DNA from: Callorhinchus milii
Lineage: Eukaryota
NCBI RefSeq assembly: GCF_018977255.1
Contig: NW_024704742.1
Coordinates: forward strand, 113,462,001-113,526,000
DNA: 64,000 nt
Direction: 5' to 3'
A model generated the notes under the pieces. That model was not told the origin of the DNA, searched no databases, and saw only the letters and a program-made list of their open reading frames with translations. Position 1 is the first letter of the stretch, and each line of letters begins with the position of its first letter. Positions 24,185 to 37,300 of this stretch are shown piece by piece. A program made the translations under genes and the position numbers.

Positions 24185-27100
24185 CCTGAACATAGAAGTA
24201 AATAATAGTTTCTGCCTGTTCAGAGAAAATATTGTGGATTGGCAAATATTTTGCACTCCTGTGCAATTCTTTCTGCTTTTTGAATATATACAGTTGAAAG
24301 TAGAATGAAAATATAAGATACCACGGTGAAAATTGTCATATTTCTTGAAAATTTCAATGAGATAATGGCAATAATTTTTTCAATCCTTTTCAGTTGCCTT
24401 TCTCACACACTCATTCCTTTATTCCTCATCCCTCAGGTACAAGTCTCAAACATGCATGTAATCCAACATAAGATACCAATAAACTTAGAAAGTTGGGAGC
24501 CAATGATCGAATGGCAAAACCAAAGCTTCCAGCAGCAACAGCCAATTTATGTCACACCCTTCATGTAAACTACAACAATAACAACAACAAGATTCCATTT
24601 ATAGAGAGCCTTTTACGTCGGGAGGACGTCCCAATGTCGTGCTGTGCTTTTCTGAAGAATTCTGTCCCGTGCTCCTAACAAAGGGGACCTCAGTAGCCAA
24701 CCTATATTGTACCAGTCTTAATTCTTAACTAATTTAGGAGGCACAGGTGGAGACAAGTTGCTTCTTAATGTGAAATCAAATTAAGTTAGTGATCTAACCA
24801 ATCTATACGGATTCCTTGATCTGTAAGCAAATGCAAACCTAATGTTCAGAATGCCCATGCTTACTGGAAGAAGCAATGTGACAAATGGGCTGAATTTAAA
24901 GCAATGTTTCCTCTGTAACCGGACACCGCTAAAACCCTGACATCAGAAAAACCTCTTCTATGTGGTTCCCAATTCTCAGATAATTGCATCAGCTCTATCC
25001 ACACAGCCTCAGGCTTAGATTCAGATAGAGGAAATAGCTGGCTGCTGATTTAACCTGTCAATAAATCTCACAGTTCAAAGTAAGCTTAACTCACCAATAG
25101 TTTTTCCCTATTTCACAGAATCTCTTTCTTGCAAACAAGATTTTTTCTTGACAGGACTGAAAACCCCTTGTTGGGTCCCTGGTTTGTGTGGTGTGAGTTA
25201 ATCTCTTTGGCACCAACAATGGAGACGATTGAGATTGGCCTCAGTATGTAGCAATGCAGCCAGAGTTTCTGTTTATTGCTCTTGATCACTAGAACCACAC
25301 ACATGTGGATGCTGCATGAGGGGAGGTTGCCCTCACCAGTAATTCACCAAGGTACCAAAGGCCAGTTATGGCGCTCTTAGCACTCTGAGCTGCCACCCTG
25401 CGTGAGAGGCGCTATATAAATGCAAATTTTGTTGTTGTTATTTGTGGAATGGTGACTACCTTCTGAAAAGGAGATGTCACAGCTTGACTCATTTGGAAGC
25501 ACTCTAGCCTCTGGGTCATAAAGCTGTGGGTTCAAGCCACACTTCAGCACTTAAGTTTTCAGTTGCAGTTCTGAGAAGCGTTGCATTGTCATAGGCACAC
25601 TGCTGTGTACAATTGGCTGCTGAGTTTTGCCCACAAAATACATCTTTTGCACCTTAAACTGAGGTCCTGCCTGCCAGTTTTCAGATAAACATTATAGATC
25701 CAAAGATACTATTTGAAAAGAGAAGTGAGTTTCTCCCAGCATCCTGGTCAGCAATCTCTTGGATTGGTCGGTCATTCACCTCAGCAAATAAATGCTACCT
25801 TCACCAGCATCTAACATAACTGGCTACAAAATATAAGAACCAGCATCTCTTCAAAATGGATCATATGTCACAATTGTGAAAATAACAACGGATGCATCGC
25901 AGGACCTTGCATGCATAATAATGATAATAATCCTTCATTTAATATAATGCCTTATCACATTGTTGAGATGTCTCAAAGGGCTTCACAGAGTATATTGTAA
26001 AGTGGATTACTAAGTATTTTGTGGGCAAAACTCAGCAGCCAATTGCACACAGCAGTGTCGCACAAAGTCATAGATTGAGTGACCAAACCTTTTTTTTGAG
26101 AGATTACATTCGCAGGAGCTGTTTTGCAACTATACACAGTTACTTGGATTACAAGCTAAAATTTGTAAGTGAATTTAGTTCTAGGCTAGATACGGTTCAA
26201 AGGTTATGGTGCGTTCGTAGCTTCTTACATCTGAGCTCCAGAATCCCAGCCAACTCAAAAGGTTAAGAGTTCAAACCCCAGGACTGATTGGCAATGTGTG
26301 GCGGCTAGCCCTAATGAGACCTGTTCTACCAGTTCTTTTTGAAGCAGCTAGTACCGCACAGAACATTTTATCATTTTATCCTAGGAGAAAAGCAGGAAGT
26401 GCCTTTAGTGTTAGCTAGCACATCAAGCCACACCAGACAAGTGATCCACTGATGTAGCAGAACCCTTCACTACACAACAGTATTCTAAGAAAGTGGCCTA
26501 CATTTATTTCACTCTGCAAATACACTGCATTAATTTCCCCTGGGTTTTTCTGATCAAACCTAAAAGGCTGCCAGGAAATCATTTTGTAAATCGGAAAGAG
26601 TTTGATTTTCTAAAAGCTTGCAATAGAAACACAGCTCACTGTTGTGTGTATTTGTATGATCGCAGACCATGTTGTTTGTAGATCCATTTCAGTAACCACA
26701 TGAATTTCTGCCACCCAACAGAAATATTCAGCGGAAACCACAATCAGTCCCAGGAATAAGACATTTCCATTAGGCTAGTGAATAATAATTAGCATAATAA
26801 TAATCCTTGCCTTTCAAAATGCAGTCACAACACTACAGTAAATTCTGTGAAGTTGCTTTGAATCATGTCCCGCTGACATGAAAGATACAAGGATCACAAC
26901 GTCTAAAAGGAATTTACTGTAAATTGCAGTTACACTGTATTTGTAGGCAAACAAAACATGAAGTGAATAATCATTTTTTCTGGGGGATTGTAGGCCAGGA
27001 GATCAGGAGAAACTACCTTCTCGAATAGTGTCACAGGATCTTTAAGGTCCATCGAAACAGTCAGACAAGGCCTCAGTTTAACGTCTCGTCTAGATGGTGG

Positions 27101-27324
27101 CAACTCTGCAACTTCCCCATTGCTGCATTGAAGTGTCGGCCTAAACTATAATGTCAGAGTCTCAATGTGGGACTTCATCCCCATAACCTTCTGATGCAGA
27201 GGCCAGAATGTTACCAACTGAGCCAGGCTGACACCTGCAGTGATTACATTTGACAGTTTTGGAAATGTGCCTATTTGGAATGATAGCCAAGGTCTGGCTC
27301 CAGGGCTACTGGTAGAATATGGTA

Positions 27325-27630
27325 GGAGTCCTGTTGCTCAGTGGTTAGAGCATTCGCCTCACAAGCGAGAGACCTGGGTTCAATTCCCGGCAGGGCAAAA
27401 ACTTGAGCCGGTTTCCTTACTCCACATGCCCGATAATCCCTCAAGAAAAAAACAATAATAAAATTGGTCATTTTAATCCACGACTGTTTGCGGGACAGTG
27501 CTATGAGCAATTGGCTGCCACATTTCGCTCACAACTATACAGTCAATTCACTTTACAGTATATTCTGTGAAGCGCTTTGAGACATCTAGAAGACATGAAA
27601 AGTGCTATATCAAATGCAAGGATTATTATT
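27325..27630 (+). mobile_element. Young tRNA-derived SINE
   Basis: Same head, body and tail as 11708-12025. Confidence 0.9.
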
Positions 27631-28962
27631 TTATTTAATATAAGATGGAAAGCATGTTTTTAACAGAAGTTGTCGTGAGACAAATGTCTCCCCAGTGGGT
27701 TTAAATTGCTACATTTGCAAAAAACACAACTTGGGAATAGTATTGTAGAATTCACTATAAAATTTGATTTTTTGTAAAAAAAAAAGGGGAAAAAATTGGA
27801 AAACAATCCAAATCTTGAAGGCTTCCAAACGCCAATTTTGCTTTAAAATGTTTTGAGTGGTTTCTTGGCCAGGAAGACTTCCCAAAACGCCAACTAAAGG
27901 TCTGAAATCAAAATGGATCTTCAAGATTTAGATTTAATGCACAATTTCTCATAGCATAGCCTACAATTTCAGGCTTGCTTGTCTTCATAATATGCCACAC
28001 AATCTTTAATACTAAACAAGCCAAGTTTGTTGGAATAGGCAAGTCTGACTATTAATCCTGACCAATTGTCCCTCATTCAAAGCCGTATAAAAAAATTATC
28101 AATTGTTTCTTCATTTCAGTCCTACCTTGAGACATTCAGATTTCCTGCCACTTTTGCAGCATAAATAGCCACTGCATTTCAAAATAACTCAATAGGTGAA
28201 GCACTTTTGAGATGTTTTGATGAGATAGCTGCTATATCAAATACAAGCTATGTTATTAATCTACTCAAGTCTTTCTAATGCTGGATCAAAAATAAACCAC
28301 TTGGAGGGCCTCAAGTGATTAAGAAAAAATGTTGACTCAATTTTGTTGTGTATTATTTTTCTGAATTGATTACAGTCCAGGAGTCAAACACTAGCTCCTA
28401 TTACACTGCCATCTACACACAAAGGTGCTGCTCTCATATGTACAACAGGAAATTGTGAATGACTGCTCCTTATTAATTTAACTAGGGAAGACAGGCATTC
28501 AGGCATGTACCCATTCCTGTGATGCGGTAACTACCCTATATATTATATTAAGATTGGGAGGATGATACAGTGGAAAAACAAGCATCAAAACAATGTAATG
28601 CAAGGCATGGTAATGCATTAGAGTCAAGATCCCCAAGTGTGTTCATTTGTGGGTTGACCCCGATTGTTTGGTTAAGAGATCTGTTGATTGAGTTCAGACA
28701 AACGTTAGTCAAATTGAATGACTACAAATATACAGGCACTTACACTGAATAGCAATTACCTTGATATTATAGGCACAATATCAAATGCAAGGTTATTATT
28801 AGAATAAGACGTCTGAATAAAATTTATTTGACTTTAAGATTGACTGATGCCTCTATTGGAGAAGCTTATATTCAACTGTTTGATAAACAAGGATGAGATA
28901 ATGAAATCCAAATATTATTGGTTCTTTAGAACAGAACATTGGTTTCTTTCTCCAATCACCTT

Positions 28963-29165
28963 CATAGAATCATACAGCACAGAAAGAGGCCATTCGGCCC
29001 ATCGTGTCCATGCCGGCTCTTTGAAAGAAATGTCCAAATCAATCGCACTCTCTCCACGTAACTCTGCAAATTTGTCCTCGCTAAATATTTATCTACTTCC
29101 CTCTTGAAAGGTGCTATCGAATCGGCTTCCACCACCCTTTCAGGCGATGATTCCAGATCTGAACA
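28963..29165 (-). mobile_element. CR1 3' terminal fragment
   Basis: CATAGAATCATACAGCACAGAAAGAGGCCATTCGGCCC is the reverse complement of a CR1 3' UTR like that at 7400-7468. Confidence 0.75.
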
Positions 29166-31159
29166 ACATTCACATACACTTTTGCAGTTTTAGTGGAAAG
29201 TGCAAATCAAATTCATGCAATTGCAATAAATGGATCAAATTGCAGCATGCGATAATATGACCAGTAATATTACACATCGCAAGTGTGACCCCCCAAATCG
29301 TCAAAACTTTGGAATTTGTACCAGCTGCAATCCCTCACACAGTGCATGACCTTGAGATAGAGCTCAACAAGAACAGAAAAGAAAACAAAAGGGTGGGAAT
29401 AAATGATAAAAGAAAATAATTTCTCCAATATGCAATCGCAGAACTTCCAACATGGCAGTTTTTTGTTGTTGTTTCTGTGGGAAGATCATTTTCTGCTCCA
29501 GAAAGGACAACAGAAATGAGAAGAATTAATCTGAGAGCATAATTATTGGCAATAAAAAAAATACTGGCTTGGCAGGTAATGCATTAGGCTTTACAATATG
29601 GATGTAGTGTTCCTGTTATAATGGATTCATGCAATCCTCCTGCCCTAAGCTATTTTTTTTAATCTATATTTCCTTTACACCTCATTCATGAAAATCCACA
29701 TCTCCCTTCCACTCATTTATCTTAGCCAAACATACAGTGCCAATGTATTACCAGTAAAAGAACAACTTTTGTCAGTTCTTAGGGATGACCTATTTATGTA
29801 ATCTGGTCACATTGCAACACACTCAGTTTTAATAAATTAAGTGTTACTATCATATTGTTTAAGCAAAAATGTGCTCAAAAATGTCCAACTAACAGAACAC
29901 AAATTGTTTATTTTTTGTACCTGTTTATTGTTTCTGTCTAAAATGGGAAAATGCACAGAAAGGTCTACTTTCAGAAAGAGAATACAAATTTAAAAAACAG
30001 ATTTTATGTAAAAATCTATTCCTAGAAAGTCACTAAGCAGTAGAGAATCACCAAACCAAAACTGCCTAGGAGACAATCGTTAAGCTTAGAAACTTGGAAA
30101 TGTGATTTCACTTTACAATACATTAAGTGTACAAAAAATGAAAGACAAGCTGAATGTGGTCAGCAGGGTGCGTCAATAATAAGGTTTCACATGGGGAGGA
30201 GTTGATTTCAGTATATTGAATGGAATGCGTATAAAATGCATTGAACAATCCCCTTCTATTAAATGAAAGATTCTATGCTGATGGCTAGAGAAAAGTTGAT
30301 TCAGTTGCAAAACATGTGTACAATGAGACCGATGTGTTGGCTGGCTACCAGACCAAAAGATCAGTAATAACATGAGGCTCAGATACACAATTCAGGCTAG
30401 CCAAAAAAACAACTATTAAGCCCTGAGAACTAAAATATAAAACATCTGCAATAGTTTTTAAAAGGCAGACAAAGCCACCTACAGCATATGTTAATGGTTT
30501 TTCAATTTGCATCCTGTTTAGTGGAATTGGCTGTTGTAAAGATGCCAGCAATAAACCAACATTTGTTCAATTATTTAAAGCACACTATTATTTGAGACAA
30601 AGAAGTCATTTGCACCAAATTCAATCTATGAATCAGTCATTGGTAATGTCAGTTTTCAAAAGTAAAGCACAGGAGAATTTAGACTGGCAGATTAACCTGT
30701 TGATTGATGCTCCCTCTTAGCCCAAGGGCTAAGTCGTGGATGTTGGGAAATAGAAGAGGTTTTGTTTTATATTGCAATTAAAACGTTTGGGGCCTGTGTT
30801 GTGACCTCATGCCACTATCCCCATTGAGGGGGCATTGTGTGGAATCTAATTCATATTTAAGTTTGTTTTCAGCAAAGGATTAAATGTACCTCAATAGAGA
30901 AAATGCCTCAAGCTATCTACTGTGAAGCTCTGTGGCTCTGCACAGAAGATCAAAGATAACAGATCTCACTATATTACTCCATATCTGTTGTGGACACAAT
31001 GCCAATATAATGAACATTTTCTAACATGCCTCACACAGCCTCATACTCTGCACGGGTCGAAGGCTGAAAAGTAAACTGGCCCCGAAAAGTAACAAAAATA
31101 ATAAAATTTGATCCAGTGCCTTTCACATCAGGAAGATGTCTCAAAGTGCTTCTCACTAG

Positions 31160-31573
31160 CCCTTTCTTTTCTAGAATATAGAAGAACTAGGGGTGATCTT
31201 ACAGAAAAATAAGATTCTTATGGGCTTGACAGAGTAGACAGTGTGAGACTGTTTCCCCTGGTAGGAGAATCTATAACTAAGGGTCATAGTCTTAAGATTA
31301 AGTAAGGGTCAGCCCTTTCGATCAGAGTTGAGGAAACACTTCTTCACTCAGAGTAGTGAATTTATGGAATTCTCTACCCCAGAAGTCTGTACATGCTCAG
31401 TCATATTCAAGACTGAGATTGATAGATTTCTAAAGGATAGAGGGAGTAAGGGATATGGGGATAAGGCGGGCAGATGGAGTTAGAAGATCAGCCATGACCA
31501 TATTGAATGGTGGAGCAGGCTTGAGGGGCCGAATGGCCTACTCCTGCTCCTCATTCTTATCTTCCTATGTTTC
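31160..31573 (+). mobile_element. CR1 3' end nested within a Deu-type SINE
   Basis: Degenerate RRxRGDL and FFTQ-VVNLWNSLP motifs; 3' UTR GAGGGGCCGAATGGCCTACTCCTGCTCC. Flanks are the two halves of a minus-strand SINE. Confidence 0.8.
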
Positions 31574-32144
31574 TACAGGATATCTGTAAAGTGTAGTGAC
31601 TATGTCTGTTATAGACAAAACACAGCAGCCAATTTGCATACAGCAATATCTTACAAATTGCCATGAAGTGTTTCTATCTGGGGAATGTTGGCCAGGACAT
31701 CAGGAGAAACTCTTCTCTTTTTAAATATGAGTCCCAGAGATCAGGCAGCATCTGTGCAAGTGTACCTCAGCTTTCGGCAGTACCTTCAGGATAAATCGGA
31801 CGTTGGAAGAATTACATCTAGTAGCCAATCTTTGGGCTGGGAAGAATGTAAATTTCACTTCTCTTCAACACACCAAATTTATAAATGTTTTAATAGTAAA
31901 TAAAACAAAAGATGAAAGTCCTCCAATTACTAGAATTTAAAAAACACGGCTTTGCTTCAAAAATTTGAAGACGGCAGCAATTTCAATATGAAAAATGGGA
32001 GAATCCATTGTCCGGGATGGGTGTACTGCCATCTTCTGGTTGATCAGTGTTAAAACACCAAATAAATCTTCTGCACCCATTGAAGTGATTAAACTATAGC
32101 CAGCACATGAACTGAGACAGCCTTTAGAGCACATCTTAGGTGAT

Positions 32145-32547
32145 AGCTTAGCTCCTTTAGTTGTAGCACTCGCCTCTTGAGTCAATAGATTGTGGGCTGT
32201 AGCCTAGACTTACACACAGGCTAGACTGTGCTGGGGGGAGCACTTGATCGTTGGAGGTCATCCAATGGATGAAAAGTTAAGCTGAGGTCTTGTTTGCCTG
32301 TCCAGTTGGACGTTAAAGATCCCACAATATTATTAAAAAAGAGAAGAGTTTCTTCCAGTGTCCTGGCCAACACTCCAGATACGAATGATTCATTTCATGG
32401 TTGTTTGTGGGACATTGCTACATGCAAATTGGCTGCCATATTTTCCTACAAAGTCCACAGTAACTATGGTTTTCAGGGAATCTTGAGAAGCACTTTGAAA
32501 TGTCCTCTTGAAGTGAGAGGTGCAATATCAATTGCAAGGATTATTAT
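32145..32547 (+). mobile_element. Older Deu-domain SINE
   Basis: Head GTAGCACTCGCCTCTTGAGTCA, central GGACGTTAAAGATCCC and GTGTCCTGGCCAA, tail TGCAAGGATTATTAT. Confidence 0.75.
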
Positions 32548-34004
32548 GTGAGAAATATCAAGCTCTGTCAATGGTTGGCTTTACCTTTGAAATACAAAGT
32601 CCTTCTGAATGACCATCTGGCTAACCAGAGAAAACCTGAACCCTGCTTGCTGCAGCTCCTACATGGTATGGTGACCAGGCTTCAGACTGTGTGGTCACAG
32701 GCTGCACCACATCCAATAAAATTGAACAGACTGCAATCATAAGTGCAATTACTGCTTCTCATGAAAACTCTCCATTGCATATAGAGTGTTTTCCACCCCT
32801 TTCTCTTTTTTTGGGGGGGGGGGAAATGTCTCCTACAACTGGCTTTAGAGCTGTTTAAGCTATCACTAGGTGGGTGGGCTACTTTTTATGGCAACCAGTC
32901 AAACATTATACAGCGGAAACCGCTTAAGCCCCCTGCGATTTTTTTCCTAAGTGCAGAGGCTGCGTCTTTATTCCCACAGTGCAACCTGTGTTTTACCTTC
33001 TGCGTCCACATGACCTCTACACTGACCCTGTTCCTGGCAAAGACCGAAGACACCTGTAGTGACTGATCTGCACAGATGAGCACCTGTTCTCCAGTGGGAC
33101 TAAAATGAAGAACTGTTGGACGCAGTTCGAAGCAACCTCAGCCAGAGAACATCACAAGGGATGACAGACTGGGCTGACTGCAGGACGATAAATATTCTCA
33201 AGAAACAAGAAAACTCTTGTTTAAACATTATGACCTTACACATGGAAATCAAACTAAACAAGTAACCTTTTTACTGACTGCAAAACATAATTCCCCCAAC
33301 TTTTACAAAAAATGTTTATTTCCTGTGGTTTCAACTGAATTTCAATGTTTCAACAAGATTATATCTAACTTCTTAGACTCTATCTAAGTTGTATTTGTGG
33401 TTCGTGAATAACCTTCCCTGATTGTTCACTGTTAACTATAATTCAAAACAGCTCCTGAAGTTATAGAACAAGAACAAGAAGCTCCTGTCATGTTGGTGCC
33501 ACATCTACCGGGGTCTAAAATGTGTTCCAACATCGTAACCTCTGAATGGCCACCGGCAAAACCACACACAGACATTGTTTTCTCCAGGGAAAGCCCTGTA
33601 CAGTGGGCGCGCAGAGTGGTGGGATCTTGGCTTGGACTAGAAATCTCCTTTGAGCTGAGATCCCACGAGTGTGTGCAACATACAAGGGATTCCCAAGGGA
33701 AAACACTGTTTATACAGGAAGGTGCTTTTCCTGACAGCCGCAAGGCAGTTATAATAATAAAAAAAGTAATAATTCTTGCGTTTTCATTCTGGGTTAGATT
33801 ACGTTGAAAGTTCTCAAAGAGCTTCACAGCAATTATTGTTAAGTGTAGTGACTGTGCATTCTGTGGGAAAACATGGCAGCTAATATGCTCATAATGGTGT
33901 ACCACAAACAGCCATAATTTAACTGGGTGATTGTTGCTCCCATATTTTTAATTGATACAGGAGAAAATCCCTTCACTGCAAATACTCAAGAGGCAAAACC
34001 ACTC

Positions 34005-34390
34005 ATCCCTGGTATCATTCCAGTAAATCTCTTCAGCACCTTCTCTATAGCCTTGACATCTTTCCTAAAATTGTTTGACCAATAATGGACACAATATTCT
34101 CACTGCGGTTCAACCAATGATTTATATAAGTTTTGCATTACCTCTTACTGTTTCTTTGTTTTTATATTCTATACCCCTATTTATAAAGCCTAAGATTCCA
34201 TTAGCTTTTTGGACACCTTAGTTGAGCTGCCTTCCCACCTTTGAAGGATTATGTACCTCAACCCTCAAGTCCCTTTATTGCGCACTCCTTTTAACATTTT
34301 ACCACCCATATATACTTCTCCTAATTCTTTCTCCCAAAATGTATAACCTCACATTTGTCCACTTTAAATTTAATTTGTCAATTTATTAAT
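34005..34390 (-). mobile_element. Degraded CR1 ORF2 fragment
   Basis: Reverse complement resembles the LYKxLVxPxxEYCVxxW region seen at 6912-7030. Confidence 0.65.
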
Positions 34391-37300
34391 GCCAACTCAA
34401 TTCATATTCTTTATTTTGCTCCAGTAAAACTACTGTATGTGAATAGTTAGTAATGGCATCAAATCTAATGGTCAGAGAGAAAGTACTTAGCTCCCTGGGT
34501 GTCACCTGAAACTACTGAATAACTTTGTACTAGTATGAATTTGTACAGACAGCTCCCAGAGTGCTGTATAGACCAGTGTGGTAATTTTCTGATCAATATT
34601 ATGCATAAAAACCTTTGACCATATCCGCTGCTAATGGGATTTCCCCCATTATAATCGCACATCGGCAGAGGTGCTACAGAGAACTCTGAGCAGAACTTCA
34701 CCCCAAGGAAGATCCGAGACTTGCTCCTTTGTGCTAAGTAATCTGATTTCAGCATATAAAAAATAAGGTAGGATACTCCCTCCTGGTCGCTATTCAATGA
34801 ATCCAGTAGGAAAGTGTATGTGAGTGGTGAGCAGATGAGGACAGGACCGGGCATGGTTGTGATGTCTCACATGCAGTGAACTACCTAACCTCTCACATGC
34901 AAAATGATCACTTTGTAAAGTACGAGAGGAATCGTATCCCAGTATGCCATCCATGGAATTGTATCCCAATATGAGTCTGCAGCTTCAGAGGATAAAAAGG
35001 GAAAATAACTAGTCATGCTGCATAATTTATATTAACCAATTCAATCCAGATCATAGATCAAACCTGGGATCTAACTGGTTTGCACAGTTCAGTATCACAA
35101 CACAATGTGCATTTGACCAGGGAGCCATCAAAAGAGCCTAAGGTAATACAGGGTCACATTGCAATGTCTAATAAGTCTTAAAATAAATGATTTTTTTTAG
35201 ATAATAGGGTCATTAACACAACTTTTTGGTCACCTTGTATTCTGAAGACAAATAATGTTTTTTCAAACATGGTATTATTAAAATAGAATATGTAACTGGA
35301 AAGCATTACCATCCATCAATTTGTGATGAAAACTTTGCCTGTGACTTTTAACACAATCCATGACATTGAATAGAGCTCTTCAACATCATGAAAAACATCA
35401 TTAACGGTTGGGTGTTTTTTTCAGATTTACCCAATAATAAAGAAAGAACTTTGGACAAGATAGAGTGGTATATTTTATCTGTACTGATGCTGCAAGCTGG
35501 TGCTATGAAGATGTGTGACAGTTTTCAGCACTAGAATAATGTGCTTATTGAAGTGTGTATTAAGGGAATGAAAAAGGATTAGTCTGGAGTCACTGTTATG
35601 TAACTTGAGGTGGTCCAACATTGTTCTATTGTTAGCAGAGTAAGCAGGTCTGTTGTGTTTGCAAGAAACACTGTCCCAACGTCCTGGGGATAAAGGACGA
35701 AAGGATGCCTTAATTCCAGAGTAAAACAGTAATTTAAATAGTGCTAATGTACCATTATTCATGTGTAATTATACAGTAATTAGTCAAAACATAATGTAAT
35801 ATGATAGTGGCCCTCTCAGTGCTGAAAAGGCATGTGTCTACTGTGATCTATGGTGATCAAGCTGCTGGGAAGATATTGAGGGACAATATTAACAAAGAGA
35901 AAGTAACCGCTACTACTGCAAGCTATGCACTCCACCAAGAGCTGCAATTACATGTCGAACATTTCAAGGAGCTCTTTACAAGCAATCAGAAGTGAACCTG
36001 GATCAGGTTTGATGTCACTGGCTAAATTAAGTAGATTAATAATAAGGAAGATACAGATTAAAGAACACAGGAATTTCTCCCAGTGCCCTAGCCAACAATC
36101 CCCCATAAAATGAGGCATTCACTCCATAGTTGTTTGTGATACATTGCTCTGCGCAATTAGCTGCCGTGTTTGCCTATAACTACCCAGTAACTACACTTGA
36201 AAGTAAATCCTGAAGGGCTTTCGAGATATTTTAAGGAACCGGCACTATAACAAATGCAAGGATTATTAAGGATTATTAATATCGATGTGCACTATAAGTG
36301 AAGGAGTATCTTAAAATAGTCAATTCATACAGTGAAATACAGTTGGTGAAATACCTCTTTTTTTCATTTGAAACTAGAAGCAATCAAAATTGCAAACTCA
36401 CTAATGAGGGTGTTTCATAATCAAGGGCAAATAGTGTACTCTACTAACTGCCCTTAGTATATGTGTATTGAATATTCTCCTTCACAGTGTATCTCTCTCT
36501 CTCTCTCTCACACACACGCACCTGTTACAGTTAAGTTCATTCATTTTAAACACTGGTCAGTTTCAAACAACGGTATGAGGAAAGGGCAAAGGAATGGGAT
36601 TAGAGTCACTAGCTCCAGTACCAGCAAAGGTACAATTGACCAAATGGCTTCCCCTTCTGCTGTCAGTTTTCTCTGACTGAGGTCTAATCTGCAGTATTTG
36701 TAATGGGATTCCTCAACCAGGAACCAGGTTTCACAAATAAAGACTCCTTCCTGTACCTAGAACTGGGTCAGACAGCTCACAGGAACTCCACTCCCAATGC
36801 AATTTTGCTTCCAAAGCTGTGTTCCCACAAGCTAGCAGGAAGTCTTAACAGGATTCCTTGTTAAAGATCTTATTAGAAAATACTGCAGATCAGAACCCTG
36901 TGATTGTATAATTTTAAGATGATTTGAAAGTTAAAGAGTCCTGAACATCAAAAAATTATTTTCACTTCTTTGAACGGTAGATCCGGGCAGTTAATCTAAG
37001 GTCTTTGGTTTGTGCAGTTAAAGTTTAAGTGCCTATAATTACGCAATGGTATATGCACACTGTGGGCATGTGATTCTTCCTGTATCCCACACATTGTACA
37101 TTGTGATATAGCAAGTTTGCAGCCTATTTGAATTAGACTCTCTATAGAACTGGATTTATAAGACCAGATTTGACACAAACCGGAATGAAATGTGCTGTTG
37201 AGGTTTGGAGCGCCGCAGAGATGAGACAGAAACACATTGTCAAAGCAATATGCTTAGCTCCAAGTCAAATTGGAACTTAAAAAAGTGATTGAAGCTAGAG

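Noticed and set aside
33432..33905. Overlapping 157-aa (-) and 105-aa (+) ORFs in the large intron as a possible extra exon or nested gene
   Set aside because: No recognisable domain or GAG-like composition, partial overlap with a SINE, and no convincing splice-site pair.
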